A DNA stretch of 54,715 nucleotides, filler included, from Basidiobolus ranarum (Eukaryota), in assembly GCA_040143965.1 (NCBI GenBank). It is 4 parts of 4 records of this genome, joined end to end, with 100 filler letters (N's around TTAATTAATTAA, not from the genome) between each part and the next. Parts side by side here need not be neighbours in the genome. Positions count along the whole stretch, not along the records: positions 1 to 13,620 come from JASJQH010007348.1; 3 more parts are not named here. The stretch is one strand, 5' to 3'. This document shows, piece after piece, positions 1 through 13,620 of the stretch (position 1 is the first letter of the stretch; each line of letters starts with the position of its first letter). The notes below the pieces were generated by a model. That model was not told where the DNA came from. It searched no databases and saw only the letters and a list, made by a program, of their open reading frames with translations. Both the position numbers and the translations under genes were made by a program.

Positions 1-1
1 A

Positions 2-922
2 CAGGGCGGTGCAGTTCGTGGCAATGCTGGTTATAACGGTGACAAGATAAAATCATACGACAGCACTAATTACGGAGGTAATGGAAGCGGCAATGGCGGT
101 GATCATGGTTATGGTGGTAGTGGTGGTGGTGGTGATGGATAGGGCAAGGAGTATGGAAGTGGGAATGGTGGCGACCACGGATATGGTGGTGGCGGTGGTG
201 GAAATAAGGATTACGGACATGGTGGCGGTCATGGCTATGGCGGTGGTGGCGGCGGGGTTAAATCGTACGACAATACGGACTATGGTAGCAAGTACGGTGG
301 TGGAAATGGTGGAGACTATAACAAAGGCTATGATGGCGAAGGCAAAAGTAGATATGCTGACGAGAACGACTACAATGGTAATGGCCATGGTCGGAAGGGA
401 AGGAAACACCACGGTGGCGATGGTGATGGCGAAGACTATGATAGCTACAAAGGCCATAGGAAGCATAAGAGCAAAGGATACAGGGGTGATGGCGATGGTG
501 ATGATGACTATAATGGAAAATACGATGGTGAAGGTGACGGTGGCAGATATGACGGAGATTACTCCGGTGATGGCAATGGTGACGATTACAAAGACTCTCA
601 TAACCATCATCCAAATTCAGAAAGCGAACCATCCTTGGACGCGACTGTGGAGCAACCGGTTGTTGACACTAATAATGCTAATCTTAGCGGTGCATCCGAC
701 TCTATCAATGCTCAAACCTCTGCTCCGGCCCCTATCCCAGTACCTGAGACCAAAGGGGCACCTGTCCCAGATGTTAGAGCGTCACCAGTTGTTGATCCTT
801 GCAATGATATCAATATTAAAGCCAATGCGGCTGGAATTCCTGTGAATGGTGTAGTGTGTCTGGGTAAGCAGATCAAAGATACAGTCAATAGTGTATTGGG
901 AGTAAACAATATTCTAGGATGA
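2..922 (+). CDS. Gly/Asp/Tyr-rich low-complexity protein, 5'-partial, with one in-frame TAG at 140-142 and a C-terminal two-Cys segment
   Basis: Frame 2 reads QGGAVRGNAGYNGDKIKSYDSTNYGG...GDG*GKEYGSG...KSYDNTDYGSKYGG...GDGDGDDDY and continues without a break into ORF 635..922 (DATVEQ...PCNDINIKANAAGIPVNGVVCLGKQ). The GGN codon periodicity favours this frame over the Met/Val-rich shadow ORFs. Confidence 0.7.
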
Positions 923-1722
923 GCCACTCTATCATTGCAATATATAGTGATGAAAATTTCCTACCTTTTCCTAGACTATTTCATAGGTCGAATACTTTCA
1001 GGGATTATTTAGAGAATAGTATCGAAATATTTTATCCCTCGCTATCTTACAGTTCCTCTATATACCTGGTAATATGTATACCATATTTCAATAAATGAAT
1101 TTTGTATTGCCGAAGATAGCAAAATTATCAAAAATAAGTCAATTACTAACACCTTTAGTGAAAAGCTAATCATGAATTCTAAATATATTATTGTGTTTGG
1201 TATTTTGATATCTTGCATAAAATATCTACATAATTCCCACATGCAACTTGTTTATTTGTTCATGTTAAATGAGGCCACATTTACTCATTTTTCTGCAGGT
1301 ATGGTGCTATGAGACTATTATGTAATAATGACTCTTTTACACAAAATGGATTATTCTTGGTGGTCTTATATGTGGTATAGGCTAATGTATTTCACAAATG
1401 ATGGGTACTTGGCATTTTTTCAAATGGCTTACCTTCTATCTTAGGGAGTGAGTAGTAATAGCTCGGAGTTGATTTCTGAAGGTACGTTTAGGTTAACTCT
1501 GCATTTACATATATATCTTATAGATTGTGACATCATTATAAACCTCATCTTCATTACGATGAATTACCATATTAATAAACTATTTAGAAAAGGAAAATAA
1601 CGTCTGGGACTTTGAATTGCTAAATATTACGTATTCACATCCAGCAACGCTCTTTGTAATTGCTTATGAGACGTTTATATCGATATATTTTTCATTAGGG
1701 TTAGTATCTTGAAGTTATAACA

Positions 1723-3199
1723 ATGGCATTCGAAGATTTATTTGGCTTGCACAAACAACTAGTTTCCATCAACTCAACTGTCGGTTCTGAAGCTTCAATT
1801 GTCGACTTTTTATACAAGCATTTGGAAAATCTTGGTTGGACTGTTGAACGTCAGCATGTGGAGAATGGCGACGAAGGTACACGAGAAAATCTATTTGCAT
1901 ACTTGGGAAATAGAAACCCCAAGTTGATATTGAACAGTCACCTGGATACAGGTAAGAATCCATTTTACCCCCGACCTTTTTGTTGTTTTGGAAAACTAAA
2001 ATATCAATTCCTTTTTAACAGTTCCACCCTTTATTGGGTATAGCAGGAATGGAAATAAAATTGAAGGAAGAGGGACTTGTGACGCTAAAGGTTCAGTCGC
2101 TGTTCAAATTATCGCTGCTGAAGAATTGCGAAAGGAATTAAGTGACTTTGACGTTGGGTAGGCTACTGATATGGAAAGAAATGCCGAAACAGTCACAGTT
2201 AAACTTCTTATTTACTTAGGCTTCTCTATGTAGTTGGAGAAGAGCGTGGAGGTATAGGAATGTTGAAAGCTAATGAGGTAATATATTTGAACGCCAGATC
2301 TACATATTTGATGCTAATTTTAATTGTGTAGTTGGGGCTTGAGCCTAAAGCTATTATTATTGGAGAGCCTACCGAGAATAAATTGGCATTGGGGCACAAA
2401 GGAATAGTTGGATTTAAAATCAACAGTCAAGGTTGATGTTAATTATTCACGACATTTTTCTGATTCACGATTTGCTGATTCTACAGTCATTAGGTAAAGC
2501 TGCCCATTCGGGTTATCCTGAACTTGGTCAATCGGCGACAGAGCAATTAGTTGAAGCATTATGGAGATTAAAGAATATTGTCAGTGTAATTTCTATCGAT
2601 CACTTAGCAGCATTGAATTTACAGTTTTGTTAGAACTTCCAAGAAGATTCACGTTTAGGCCAAAGCACCATAAATATAGGAATTCTGGAAGGAGGAGTGG
2701 CTCAAAATGTAATTCCTGAACATGCAAGTGCTACTATATACATACGAGTGGCGACTGATGCTTCCTATGTTTGGAACACCGTCAAAAATACAATTGGGGA
2801 TATTGAAGGGATTAGCTTAGAGTTGACGACAAAGACTGAGCCTGTCACCCTGGATGTAGTGGATGGGTTTGACGTGATGGTAGCTAAGTATAATACTGGT
2901 AAGTAATAATAACTACTCTAAGATCTACACTTGAACTGAAGCTATAACTATTGTGGCTTGCTGTCGACTTTTCATTGCACCAGATTTCTCGCGTTGGAAA
3001 GGGCCGGGAAAGAAATATCTACTGGGGCCGGGTAAATATTATATGTTTGATCTACATTTTGACATTGTTTGTAACGAGATCTATCTTAGGAACCATTCAT
3101 GTTGCTCATACCTCCGATGAATATGTTGATGCAATGGATTTGAAGCAATCTGTCAAGCTGTACAAACAGCTTGTAAGACATATAATTAGTCATTGTTAG
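1723..3199 (+). CDS. M20 family metallopeptidase / ArgE-DapE-like acetylornithine deacetylase, multi-exon
   Basis: Spliced motifs: LNSHLDT|VPP, GRGTCDAKG, VGEE, IIGEPT, HKG, GKAAHSGYPELG, TINIGILEGGVAQNVIP, GP|G..HVAHTSDE. The exons are separated by short GT-AG introns (first 1952-2021). Confidence 0.9.
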
Positions 3200-3364
3200 T
3201 AAGATTTTTGCCCACCTGTATTATATAGCTCTATGACGTTTGTACAACCCCGCAAGCACAAACACTGATTTTATTCATATTTATTTCTAAACCAAGAGCA
3301 AACAATGGTATGGTGATTCTTCAATAGTATCGAATGTTGAGGCTTGCCATTAGCGACAGATTGG

Positions 3365-3739
3365 TTATTCAAAAATGATATGATCATAGCTTTCCAACTG
3401 TATTATGTCTCTAGAGTCTATAAACGTTAGTCTTAGAAACGAATTATCAAACAGTTTCCTTTCAGAGCTTTCCGTGAGTGAATCGATATCCGAGTCCTCC
3501 AAATGGGGAAAGGATATATAATCAGAGTTTTGTGTTGTTTTGGAAAATATTGCCGGTCGTCTTTCGTGCGACTTCCTCTTGAGACTTGCGTCATTTATAG
3601 ATGCTATATCTCTTTGATTACTCAAACGTGAGCCTCGTCTACTTTGTGGGATGGTGGCATATTTGCCACTAAAAAGTTTCTTCAATCCAGTCAAAAGAAA
3701 CTTGTCCTTCTTGTTTCTTTGTGAAGTTGTAATGTTCAT
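3365..3739 (-). CDS. Hypothetical ~124-aa basic/Ser-rich protein
   Basis: Intronless ORF from ATG 3739 with protein-like composition (RRGS, RRP phospho-motifs; YISFPHLE). No recognisable domain. Confidence 0.5.
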   Translation of the reverse strand: MNITTSQRNKKDKFLLTGLKKLFSGKYATIPQSRRGSRLSNQRDIASINDASLKRKSHERRPAIFSKTTQNSDYISFPHLEDSDIDSLTESSERKLFDNSFLRLTFIDSRDIIQLESYDHIIFE

Positions 3740-5122
3740 CAATTGGCTTTGGCTATCTATTCACAGTGGATGCAACCTCGATATGCACAATTTGTACTAC
3801 GCGTAGACCAGAGGACAAGTTGAAAATCGCAGTCTTGTGATTATCGGAAGTGCGTATCGGCGCGATCTATCACAGCTTTAACTAGAAGACCTGGATCTTA
3901 GCATGCGGAAAAGGATGATGGACGAATTTCCCAACTCTCAGCAATCTGAATACTCTTGAGCAGAGTTTTATAGAATGTCGCAACGCAGATGAAACAGTCC
4001 TAATCATTTTAGACCAACTTACTATCCTACTTTGGCTAGTGACGCAGGTGATCGAACCAATGAATCGTGTTAGAAAATGAAATAAAGGATCTCCAATCAA
4101 TCCCGCAGAAAGACACACACAATCTAAGAAATAGGCGTGGATATTCATATACTTCATGTATTGTTTCAGTATCTCACGCTTCGCTACAATAACATAAAGC
4201 ACCATATGTTTCATATGGTATTGTATATTTACTTAGGAAACATCATTCTAGAGAAGCACAACTTGTGATCTAGCTCGGGGTTGATGTCCCGTTGATCAAG
4301 TCTTAGCACGACAAAGAGATATTTAGTAAACCATACCAAAAATGATATTGTTCCGTTGTGGTCCAATGTGCCTTATCATCTCAGGCTGTAAATAATCAAC
4401 TCGATCCAGCATTTTCTGTCGGAACCTTGATAGCCTCAGATTCCATTCTACTTGAGCACCGATATTAATGACTTTATTGCAGCGCTTAAATCTTTATCAG
4501 CTGTTCATCCCAACATGCATGAATCATATCTTTCATTCACTACACAGAGATGGAAGCGAAGTGACTCGACCTCAATTGAATAACAAGATAAGCAACCCAT
4601 GATCTTGAGTTTGGAACCCATTTTTACCCTTTCATGAATCGTAGTTGATCAGGTTTGAGACCGTAAAGAAACCTCCTAGTCTAATAGAACTGATATTTAA
4701 GCTGATTCATTTTAGCATCGTATAACTAAACGTTAGTCAATGCCATCTGGGAATACCTTGAATATTCATATTCTAAAGCCGGATGAACACCGCAAATGCA
4801 TACTTTCCGTGCCCCTTTTCGAATGATTTATCCATGGTAATTTATTTACATATGAAAATCAGGGGCTTCGGCTAAAGTTTCAATTACAGATTTATACTAA
4901 ATCCTCATATTTGATTTTAGATACAATACAATAATGTTTAGCTTGGTTTTTACACTGCGGACATAGTGAAAGACTGCAATATGTGGAGTTATAATTAAAT
5001 TGAATATTATACATATACTATAGGTGTGATACAGGTACTAGTGGCTCTGCAATTTAGGATAGAAATAGAATTGGTGACGGCCCATTTGTTTTGTGCGGAA
5101 TCTATGATGGAAGTGGATGAGT

Positions 5123-5932
5123 TCAGTACCAAAATGGTGTTGATGTATCATCTGAGACACAGGAATCTGTGATAGGGTAATCATAAGAGGTTGCTGTTGA
5201 AATGACTTGATTTCCTGGAGGGTAATAGATGGCGTTAATTTGGGGCCATTCATACGGCTGATAAGCTTGAGTAAGTAATAATGAATTGCCACTAGAAGCA
5301 CGTGAGAGGTTGGATCTTCTGAGCCACTGCTGTTGGTTTAGGCAATACGTTTGTATAGTTTGAAACCAAAGTAGAAAGTCACTATTTGATACATAGAGCT
5401 CATATTGAAGTCCGGCTAAGAACTCCCGCTCCATAATAGCAATCTCACGTGTTGGCATTCCTGTGATAGTAGACCAAGATTGGCTTGTATATGTGATGTC
5501 TTCAAGGAACTTAGAGGCCAATATCATGGCCACAATAAATATTCGATATTCCGATCCGGACTCGCCTCTCATAGTTTGGCTCATTTTTTTCAGCTTTTGT
5601 ACATACTTTAACGCCAAGATCACTGTTGCGGGAGACATACGGATATTGTTTAACACATGAATGCAAAATACTCGGAAAGTAGGATAAGTGGGAAGTGAAA
5701 AGGGATTAGGATTAGAGTACCATATGAAATAGATGATATTGGCGGCAACATCTCCAAGATAGTTGCTGTTGTCAGGGATTAAAGGCTTAGGAATGCATGA
5801 AGGGTTCGTTGAATAACCAGTATACTCATTAGGAGGAATCACAGGGTTAGAATATCTAGGATATTGTGCTTGGATCTGGTCAATGTATCTTGAGGGTTGT
5901 GAGAGTGAATGAATAAGATGTGCTAGGCTCAT
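5123..5932 (-). CDS. Pho80/Pcl/Clg1-type cyclin (cyclin N-terminal box)
   Basis: ILALKYVQKL...SEYRIFIVAMILASKFLEDITYTSQSWSTITGMPTREIAIMEREFLAGLQYELYV is the Pcl-family cyclin box. Intronless, 269 aa. Confidence 0.88.
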   Translation of the reverse strand: MSLAHLIHSLSQPSRYIDQIQAQYPRYSNPVIPPNEYTGYSTNPSCIPKPLIPDNSNYLGDVAANIIYFIWYSNPNPFSLPTYPTFRVFCIHVLNNIRMSPATVILALKYVQKLKKMSQTMRGESGSEYRIFIVAMILASKFLEDITYTSQSWSTITGMPTREIAIMEREFLAGLQYELYVSNSDFLLWFQTIQTYCLNQQQWLRRSNLSRASSGNSLLLTQAYQPYEWPQINAIYYPPGNQVISTATSYDYPITDSCVSDDTSTPFWY

Positions 5933-8900
5933 GTTGGCCTAAGTAGTTGAAAGATTTTGGATAATTTACTTGAATGTTGCAAACGATCGTAGTCACAAAA
6001 AGGCCACTCGAAAAGTTCGAGAATCTATAGCTAAGAAGAAATTCGGTATAACTTTTCTAACAATACATCCAGTCGGCCCTTATATACAAAGCAGTGTACG
6101 AAATCCATTGGCCGAAAATATACACAACTGTACAAAGAATATATGACTTAACAATCGAGTCTCAGCCAAGACAAACGGATGAGTATCTTGTATTGCAGAC
6201 AGTATCACGGACCAAAATAAAAGGTGTATAAAGATTTATTTCCAAATTTGTACACCGCAGAACACTTCTAAATTGATTGGAATTTAGAAAAATAAATATG
6301 TGGACCAATGAAAAATGAATATGGGCGAATCTTCATGGCCGCAGGTTGAGGTTTTTGGTCAAATCAAAGACCTATATATATCTAAACCGGATTCAAGGAC
6401 AAACATTCCAGAGGTCAATAAACATATGTGTAGAGTTATATTAACTGTTTGTTTCATTAGAATTTGTTCTCTAAAAATCTCAACACAAGTTTAGTATTCA
6501 AATTACATGAGAATACATGCTAGCAACGGCTGCTCACAACACATACGTCACAAAAACATATACTCAACTGTGCCACCAAGTTGGCTCGTTTATTAGGATA
6601 CGTAAAAGGCAAATAACTATCATAGATAACGTGGCAAAATTAAGTTGCTAAATAGCTAGGTTTTCATCGCAGTAGCAAGTAATATGATATTCTCACATAA
6701 AACCAATGGGCACAACATCCGGATTTTCTGAAGTTATTCCGAAGCTTCCAGTCCGCAACTCTTTCTAAGTACAAATTGGCTGCAGATATCTATTACTCAG
6801 ATCATATTACAGGCAATCAGGACTGTGTCTCGCCTCATATTAAGGTAGCTCTATCACTGCAACAGCTTGAGGTCAGCTCCCCTATCTACATCATCATGAG
6901 ATGTAAAGTTGATGCGTCATTATAATATCCCTTAATTATTATCTCGATCAGCACCCTGACTTCTCATTCGGCGCAGTACATGGCTCTCGTCAGAACGTCC
7001 ATTCAACAAATGAATACTCTTCGGTAGTTGACACTGCCTTGCGTCCAACATCTGCCGCATGACCCTCGCCATTCCGAAGTTCCTCAAATCTATCAGAGTG
7101 GAAATAGACAGGCACTAATTGATTAAAATTTAAAGGAACATGATAATCAATGGCGGCAGAGTTGGACTGTTTAATGAAATTGTAAATATAGAACAAAAAC
7201 TGAATAGGCTAATCGCTGGGATTTCTGCCGGATTGGATCGCCCGATGTTGCCTTAGTAATTCGGGGAAAACAAAACTGATTATCCTTGAAATTTCAAGAT
7301 GGCTTAATGGATTCGAATCACGGGATTTCATCATCATCTGATTCTTTGTGTTCATATATACTTGGCAAGGCTGGAGGCACGAATTGATTCAGCGTGGTTG
7401 AGGCAGGTATTTAAGGTGGGTTGAGTGATTCGAATCAAAATGGATAGGCCCCCTACTTTAGGGGTTGCCATTGAATTAATTGGATGAACTTTTAATGTGA
7501 TGGGATTTAGGTTTTACAACATTCACGGTTAATAGTGGTGTTTGGATTACCAAGAATGACAGTATTTCGCCTTGGGTTTCATTTATGTGGATTGACTAAT
7601 TGCTGTGTAATACATGTCCTTCCTATTTCTAAAGTGAAGTTGAATCTAGAAGTGACAGATGTTTCCTGACGTATTCTGCGATCACCATTATTCGACATCA
7701 ACATAGTAAACAGAATGTACAGTACTCATTGATAAATACAACCGGATTTGTCAAGCTAGCACTGTTTTCTAACAGAAAACCTGTCATTCCTGATAGTGAT
7801 TGTTTACGGTTATCATATACCCGGAAGAAGTGGCCCGTATACAATCACGTTGTTGATCAGTCTAGCCAAGTATCACTAACAGCTGTTATCACCATTCCTA
7901 AAACTGCACCAATCTATCCTAAATCTTACTGGATTGGTCAGCTCTTCTTCCTTGGGGTTTTTCGAATTTCATCAAACAGCCTGGATCCTCTGCAGCAGCG
8001 CTCATTTGGTATCTCTACCAAGTTCCAAGCCTACTTCCATATATCTCTTCTGTTGTCGTACATGTAGTAATCAAATACCAGTATATTATATCCCTTGTCC
8101 CATAATAAAGTTGGCTTCTATTATGTTCTTTCGAGAGAATGGGGCTTCACAAATGGCTCGAGTCAATTTGCAGACATTATATTTAGAAATATGAACTGTT
8201 TCAACAAGACGTTATAGTCTCAATGGGTCAGCATTCGCATGATCTATAAAAACCGAGATTATATTATTAAGCGTAATAGCCCGTGTCCAATAAACTCAGC
8301 CATGAGAACATATATTGTGGCTTATACTACCGATCAGCAATTTTTTGCTGATTATACATCAGCGATGATATATACTCGAAGTTCATATCTAATTCTACTC
8401 TGTTATATATTCAATTTTTGAATCGACCTTTCAAGTTTTCTATATGAGAGAATTTGATATCTGTGTCTTGGAGAGCATCTCTTCTTGTATATATAATATT
8501 AAAAGCGATATATTATATTGTGACTAAGTTATGACCAACTACAGCTCTCATCTCGTGGTTGATCAACAAGAGTTGGGAGCACACCATACTTGAAAAGGAA
8601 TAATAGTATTGTCCTCCTGTCTGCTGCAAGTAGACCATAGTGCTTTGAATTACCGTGCGTTCTATGTCATATATATAAATTATCATCAGTTATCTCATAA
8701 AGGATCCAATTTGCATACTGAAGTAGACTAAACATGAAGTTCAATACACTTAAACTCACTTTGCAAGTTTAGCTTGGCATTGGATATCAAGGTATTTTTA
8801 AATACAAGCGGTATTTGTGAGATTTAATCTGAATCTCCGTACTTCACATGACTTTCAGAATGTAAAACCCCAGTGAAGATGTCTCCTTGTATCGGTTTAA

Positions 8901-10120
8901 AAGTAGACAACCATAGAATAAACTTTATTGCCTTGAATGATAGTGAGTACCTTTGAGAACGGAGCAAGATTTTACATATTGTCCTTTTGGTTGCCTGCAG
9001 TACTATCATGTACTTTGCCACTTATTGAAAGAGCTGTTATATGCAGTTTCTATGGAATTTTAGAAATGATTTCTGCAATATCAATATCAAATTTCCATAA
9101 ATGTCAAATACATACAAATATTTACTGTAAAGCTGACAATTATTCAGATTCTGGATTGTGACATTATTAACTAATCAATATGCATGGAGTAAGCGTTGTG
9201 AGTATTTGGGATTAATTAGAAGAAATGTAGGATTTGAGCTTGGTGTTTTATTGAATCGTAAATGTTGATACTCAAGCTATGGATAAAGAAAAAAAGGAAT
9301 GTATTTATAGAATACTAAGAATATTGAGGAAAAGGTTTGGTGAGTTTTGGGCTAGTTTGAGATCCTGTCTTTCCAATATTTCTGAGATATAAAAATATAT
9401 CCAAATTTCGACTTGACCTCACGCTCAGATTATTTAGATATCTTCTTTTTGCAACTAGAGTGATAAAATACCTAGATATACCAAATTGTTCCCCTAATAA
9501 TCTTCGACATTGGCTTGTTAACTATGCCTAAGACCAGCTCGTATTGGAGTTTATAGCTGCAATCAGATGTTTCTAAAATTCTCTTTAAACTTTTATTATC
9601 CTGCTGCTTTACAATCTCTTATAGGCACCATGAAACATCATATTTTTGTTATATTACTGCTAAAATCGGACAAAGTTGAACTGAGTTGCTAAGTATCTAA
9701 TAGTTAACGCTTTAACGTTCCTGTTTTTTAAAGTTCAAAAAGTTTTGGATCGGTGTGAGAATCACCTCTACTCTCAATATTTTCAAAATATGTCATTTTT
9801 TTTCCTATGAAGTGTTTGTTGAAAATGACATAGCTTAAGCATCTATATAATCATATAGTTAGCTCCCTAAATTTCACCATGTTAATATTCAATATCTTCA
9901 TAAGGAATTTACTGTTGAAATTAGCATTGCATAAACACCTATATAGTCATATATAGCTTAGTATTTAGTTATCCTATATTGAACTGAGATATCACTCACT
10001 ATCCTCAATCGGAATTTACTTCGAAGTTTCCAGATATATGGATTATTATGCTAAAAGCCCCAAACTTTGCACACATGCTCCTGGGACCTTCTTTAACACA
10101 TTCTATAAGTTAGTTTGTAC

Positions 10121-10430
10121 CTTGACAAAACTATAAATGCCAACTTTCTACTCAATAAATCAATAAGAGAAAACCACCAATTTCTCTAGTTCTCCAAACC
10201 ACTTCCACCAGGCTCCCAAAATACTTCAACATTTACGATCAACATTGAGACCAACTTGGCAGTTCTCAAACTTGTCCAAGAGACCCCAAGCTTTGTACTC
10301 TACACATTGGTTTGCCTACTTCTTGACAAAAGTGTAAATGGCGACTTACACTCAGATAAATCATTAAGTGAAATGCACCAATTCTTGTAGTTCTCCAAAT
10401 CACTTCCAATAACTCCCAAAATGCATCAGC
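10121..10430. repeat. Degenerate direct repeat, period ~201 bp, two visible copies
   Basis: cttgacaaaa at 10121 and 10322; tagttctccaaa at 10187 and 10388; the blocks cacttcca and ctcccaaaat are also shared at the same spacing. Confidence 0.7.
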
Positions 10431-11020
10431 AGTGTTCAGTAAACATGCAGTAAATATGATAAATTTGATGAATATCTAGATGATGAACTCTAATCATCTA
10501 GACTTGGCATCATATTGTCAGATTAAAGCTTTCTAGGTCTTCTGACTATTGCTTCCCTTGACTTTCGGTTGAGGGTATGTGTATATATCCTTTTTGTAAT
10601 AAACTTGTGTTTGCTCGGTGTATGAAATCTACACTGCTAAGTAGTAATCAATCATTTTTTCGGCATTCGATCATACCGCGTCTCCGATTTACCCCGATCT
10701 ATACAAACAAACTATGCATATAATGATTTCTACCGGACTCAAATTATGTCATTTCAATTTTGGTAGCTATCATGACGTAATAGAAAAGCAAAGCAACTAA
10801 TGATCTAGGAACTTTTATTAACTACTACATCTGAATATGACCAACTACGATGAAAATTGGTAGGAATGTTGAACACACTATGTAATAACGATGATATAGA
10901 GAATGAAGTGGGTCCATGTAATTCAAGAAGATGGTGAAAATTAACTTTTGCTTTAAATGTTATGAAAGGATGGAGGTACACATTAAAATATCTTAGAGTA
11001 AAAAGGTTAAAACCTTAGGC

Positions 11021-13620
11021 TTACATCGTTGATTGTTTCTCGGAAACGCTGCTTTGGAGTAGACTAATGGCATAAATAGCACGCATGGCAGTGCGAACCT
11101 TCTCGGTATTAGTAACAACACGTGCTTTAACAGCTTTCTGAACTTTACGCTTAGCAAGTTCTCTACGACGAGCAGGTGTTGGCCACAACTTAGCAGTAAG
11201 CTCGAATGACCAGACACGGAACAAGAACACTTTTACAAAATCGAGAACGATGAAATATCCAAGAGAAATGGCGATAATACCACAACCCCAGCCCCATCCA
11301 ATAGCAGTAGTTAAGCCTGGAACACCAAATACAGAGATCAACATTGCGAATACTTGAGTTCCAAGAATGGCTACAGTGAATGTCCATGATGGAATGTTCT
11401 CCCAGAAGAAACCGCTTAAACGTGTAGAGAAAATCACGAAATGGGGGCATGAGGAGATATGAAGATACATGATGGTTTCCAACTCCTCTTTCGAAACATG
11501 GAAAACATCACGAGCAATGAAGAAATGAGCAAACGAGGCAGCAGTAAGGAAGACAGCTAGAACCACCGACATAGTAATCAGTTGACCGATTCTCCACTTG
11601 TCAGGTTTGGGTGAAATTTGAGCGTTGTCAACGGAAATGACCAGAGTAGCGGCGTCGTTGAGAACAGCAATGAAAATCAAAAGAATTGCACGAAGTTGCC
11701 ATTGGAAAATAATAGTAACAAAGAAGAAGAAAATCAAAAAGTGAATGGTCGAAGTAATACGATACAAAGCGTATGAACGCATACGCTGGAAAATGGCACG
11801 AGAAGTAGTAATGCCATCAACAATGGTCGAAAGTCCTGGAGCAAGCAAAACAATATCGGAAGCTGAACGAGCGGCATCAGTACATCCATGAACAGCAATA
11901 CCGACATTGGCTTTCTTCAAGGCTGGAGCATCGTTAACACCATCACCGGTCATACCAACAAGTAATCCTTGCTCTTGCAACAACTCTACAACACGATACT
12001 TGTGCTCAGGGATAACCTGCGCAAACCCATCAGCCTTGACACAGCGACGAACGATCTCTTCCTCAGGAGCATCAGCTTCAACCAGTTTTTGAGCATCGAG
12101 AATAGCACGTTGCATACCCAAACGTTGAGCAACCTCCTTGGCAATGATGAGCTGATCACCAGTGATCATCTTGACGGAAACTCCCATCTCGTGACAACGA
12201 GCAATGGTTTCGCCCGAATCAGGACGAGGAGGATCTAACAAAGAAATCATACCAATCAATTCCCATTCCTCGAGGTCTCCACCAATTGTACGAGCAACAC
12301 CGAGAGCACGAAGACCACGACGAGCAAGGCTGTTGACAGCATGGACGGCATCATCACTACCACCGGTGAGCTTGATGATCACTTGTGGGGCACCCTTGGC
12401 TACCTTGAAAGTCTCCCCAGTCGCTTGATTGAGAATGGTGGCTTGGGTGAGTTTGGTGACAGGATTGAAAGGCAAGAATGAAGTAGTTTTGTAACCGGGG
12501 ATTTTGGTCTCACGTTCTCCCAGGCTCTTGAGAACATCAAGCTGGGCCCGAGCTGCAGTTCTGACAGCAAGTTCAATAGGATCGTTGGCACCTTGTTCAG
12601 CAGCCATGTAGGAATACAACAGGATGTCGTCACTGGTGTAGCCTTTACACAACCATGGCTGATCAAAAGTCAGTTCATTAAGAGTGAGGGTACCAGTCTT
12701 GTCTGAGCAGAGTACTGAAACGGAAGCCATTTCTTCAACGGCAGTCAATCTCTTAACGATTACCTCCTTCTTAGCGAGTTGTTTAGCACCAACTGCCATA
12801 GTTACCGACATAACAGTGGGTAGACCGACGGGGATGGCTGCGACAGTAAGGACGAGAACATCGCCTAGGACTTTGAGCACATCATGGCCTCCACTTTTGA
12901 CCATAAGAACAGTGAAGATGATTGCAACCAAGACAACTGTGACGACAACTAAGAAATTACCAATTCTGTTAATGACCTTCTGGAAGTGACCTTGTTCGTT
13001 AGTGTTTGACATCAAAGTAGCTGCGCGACCAATGAAAGTACGTTCTCCAGTCTTGGTGACAACACCCATCTGCTGACCTTGCTTGACGATGGAAGAAGAA
13101 TAGGCTGTGGATCCCTTACCCTTACTGACAGGAAGAGATTCACCAGTCAAGGCAGATTGATCGATTTGAAGGTTTCCCTCAACTGGCTCACCGTGAACTC
13201 CAATTCCGAGGAGACGACAATCCGCAGGAACAATATCACCAAGACGAAGGACAACCACATCACCGGGCACTAAGTCAGAGACATCAATTTCAATCAATTC
13301 ACTGTTTCGCCATACACGAGATTTCAAAGCAAGAGTATTCTTCAAAGCATCCAAAGCATTTTCAGCTTTCGACTCTTCAATGAATCCAATAGCAGCATTG
13401 ATAAATAACAGTGCACCAATAATACCAAAGTCAACCCAATCTTGAACCACACCTGAAAGGATCCAAGCAATCTCAATCAGGTAGGCAATGGCCCCTGTGA
13501 AGTAGCTGAGAAATTTAAGTAAGGGATTTCTTTTCTTCTCAAGTAATTCATTACGTCCGAAATCCTGCAAGCGCTGAGTGACCTCAGCAGAAGTCAACCC
13601 CTTAGATGGATCAGTTTGCA
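11021..13620 (-). CDS. PMA1: Plasma-membrane H+-ATPase (P3A-type), 5' end lost in the contig gap
   Basis: Motifs LTGES, CSDKTGTLT, KGAPQ, DPPR, MITGD, MTGDGVNDAPALKKA and IAVLND, plus multiple TM helices. The ORF is open up to the gap at 13620. Confidence 0.97.

Noticed and set aside
53-845. Long overlapping ORFs 81..845(+), 53..610(-) and 258..632(-)
   Set aside because: Shadow frames of the GGN-rich low-complexity gene in frame 2; their Met/Val- or Ile/Thr-rich composition is an artefact.
2580-2700. Apparent frameshift in the M20 peptidase near GAACTTCCAAGAAGAT
   Set aside because: Resolved by an intron (att|gtcagt...ttag|aac), giving LKNINFQEDSRLGQST in frame.
7305-7470. Two gattcgaatca palindromes and a ccccta-ctt-tagggg hairpin
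   Set aside because: Too short and irregular for a CRISPR-like array, ncRNA or transposon end; no supporting context.
6000-9200. Short ORFs in the long intergenic region
   Set aside because: No domain motifs, no consistent splice structure or codon bias; no tRNA, rRNA or CRISPR signature seen here or elsewhere in the window.
10993-13273. Short alternative-frame and antisense ORFs within PMA1
   Set aside because: By-products of strong codon bias in a long gene; no independent motifs.
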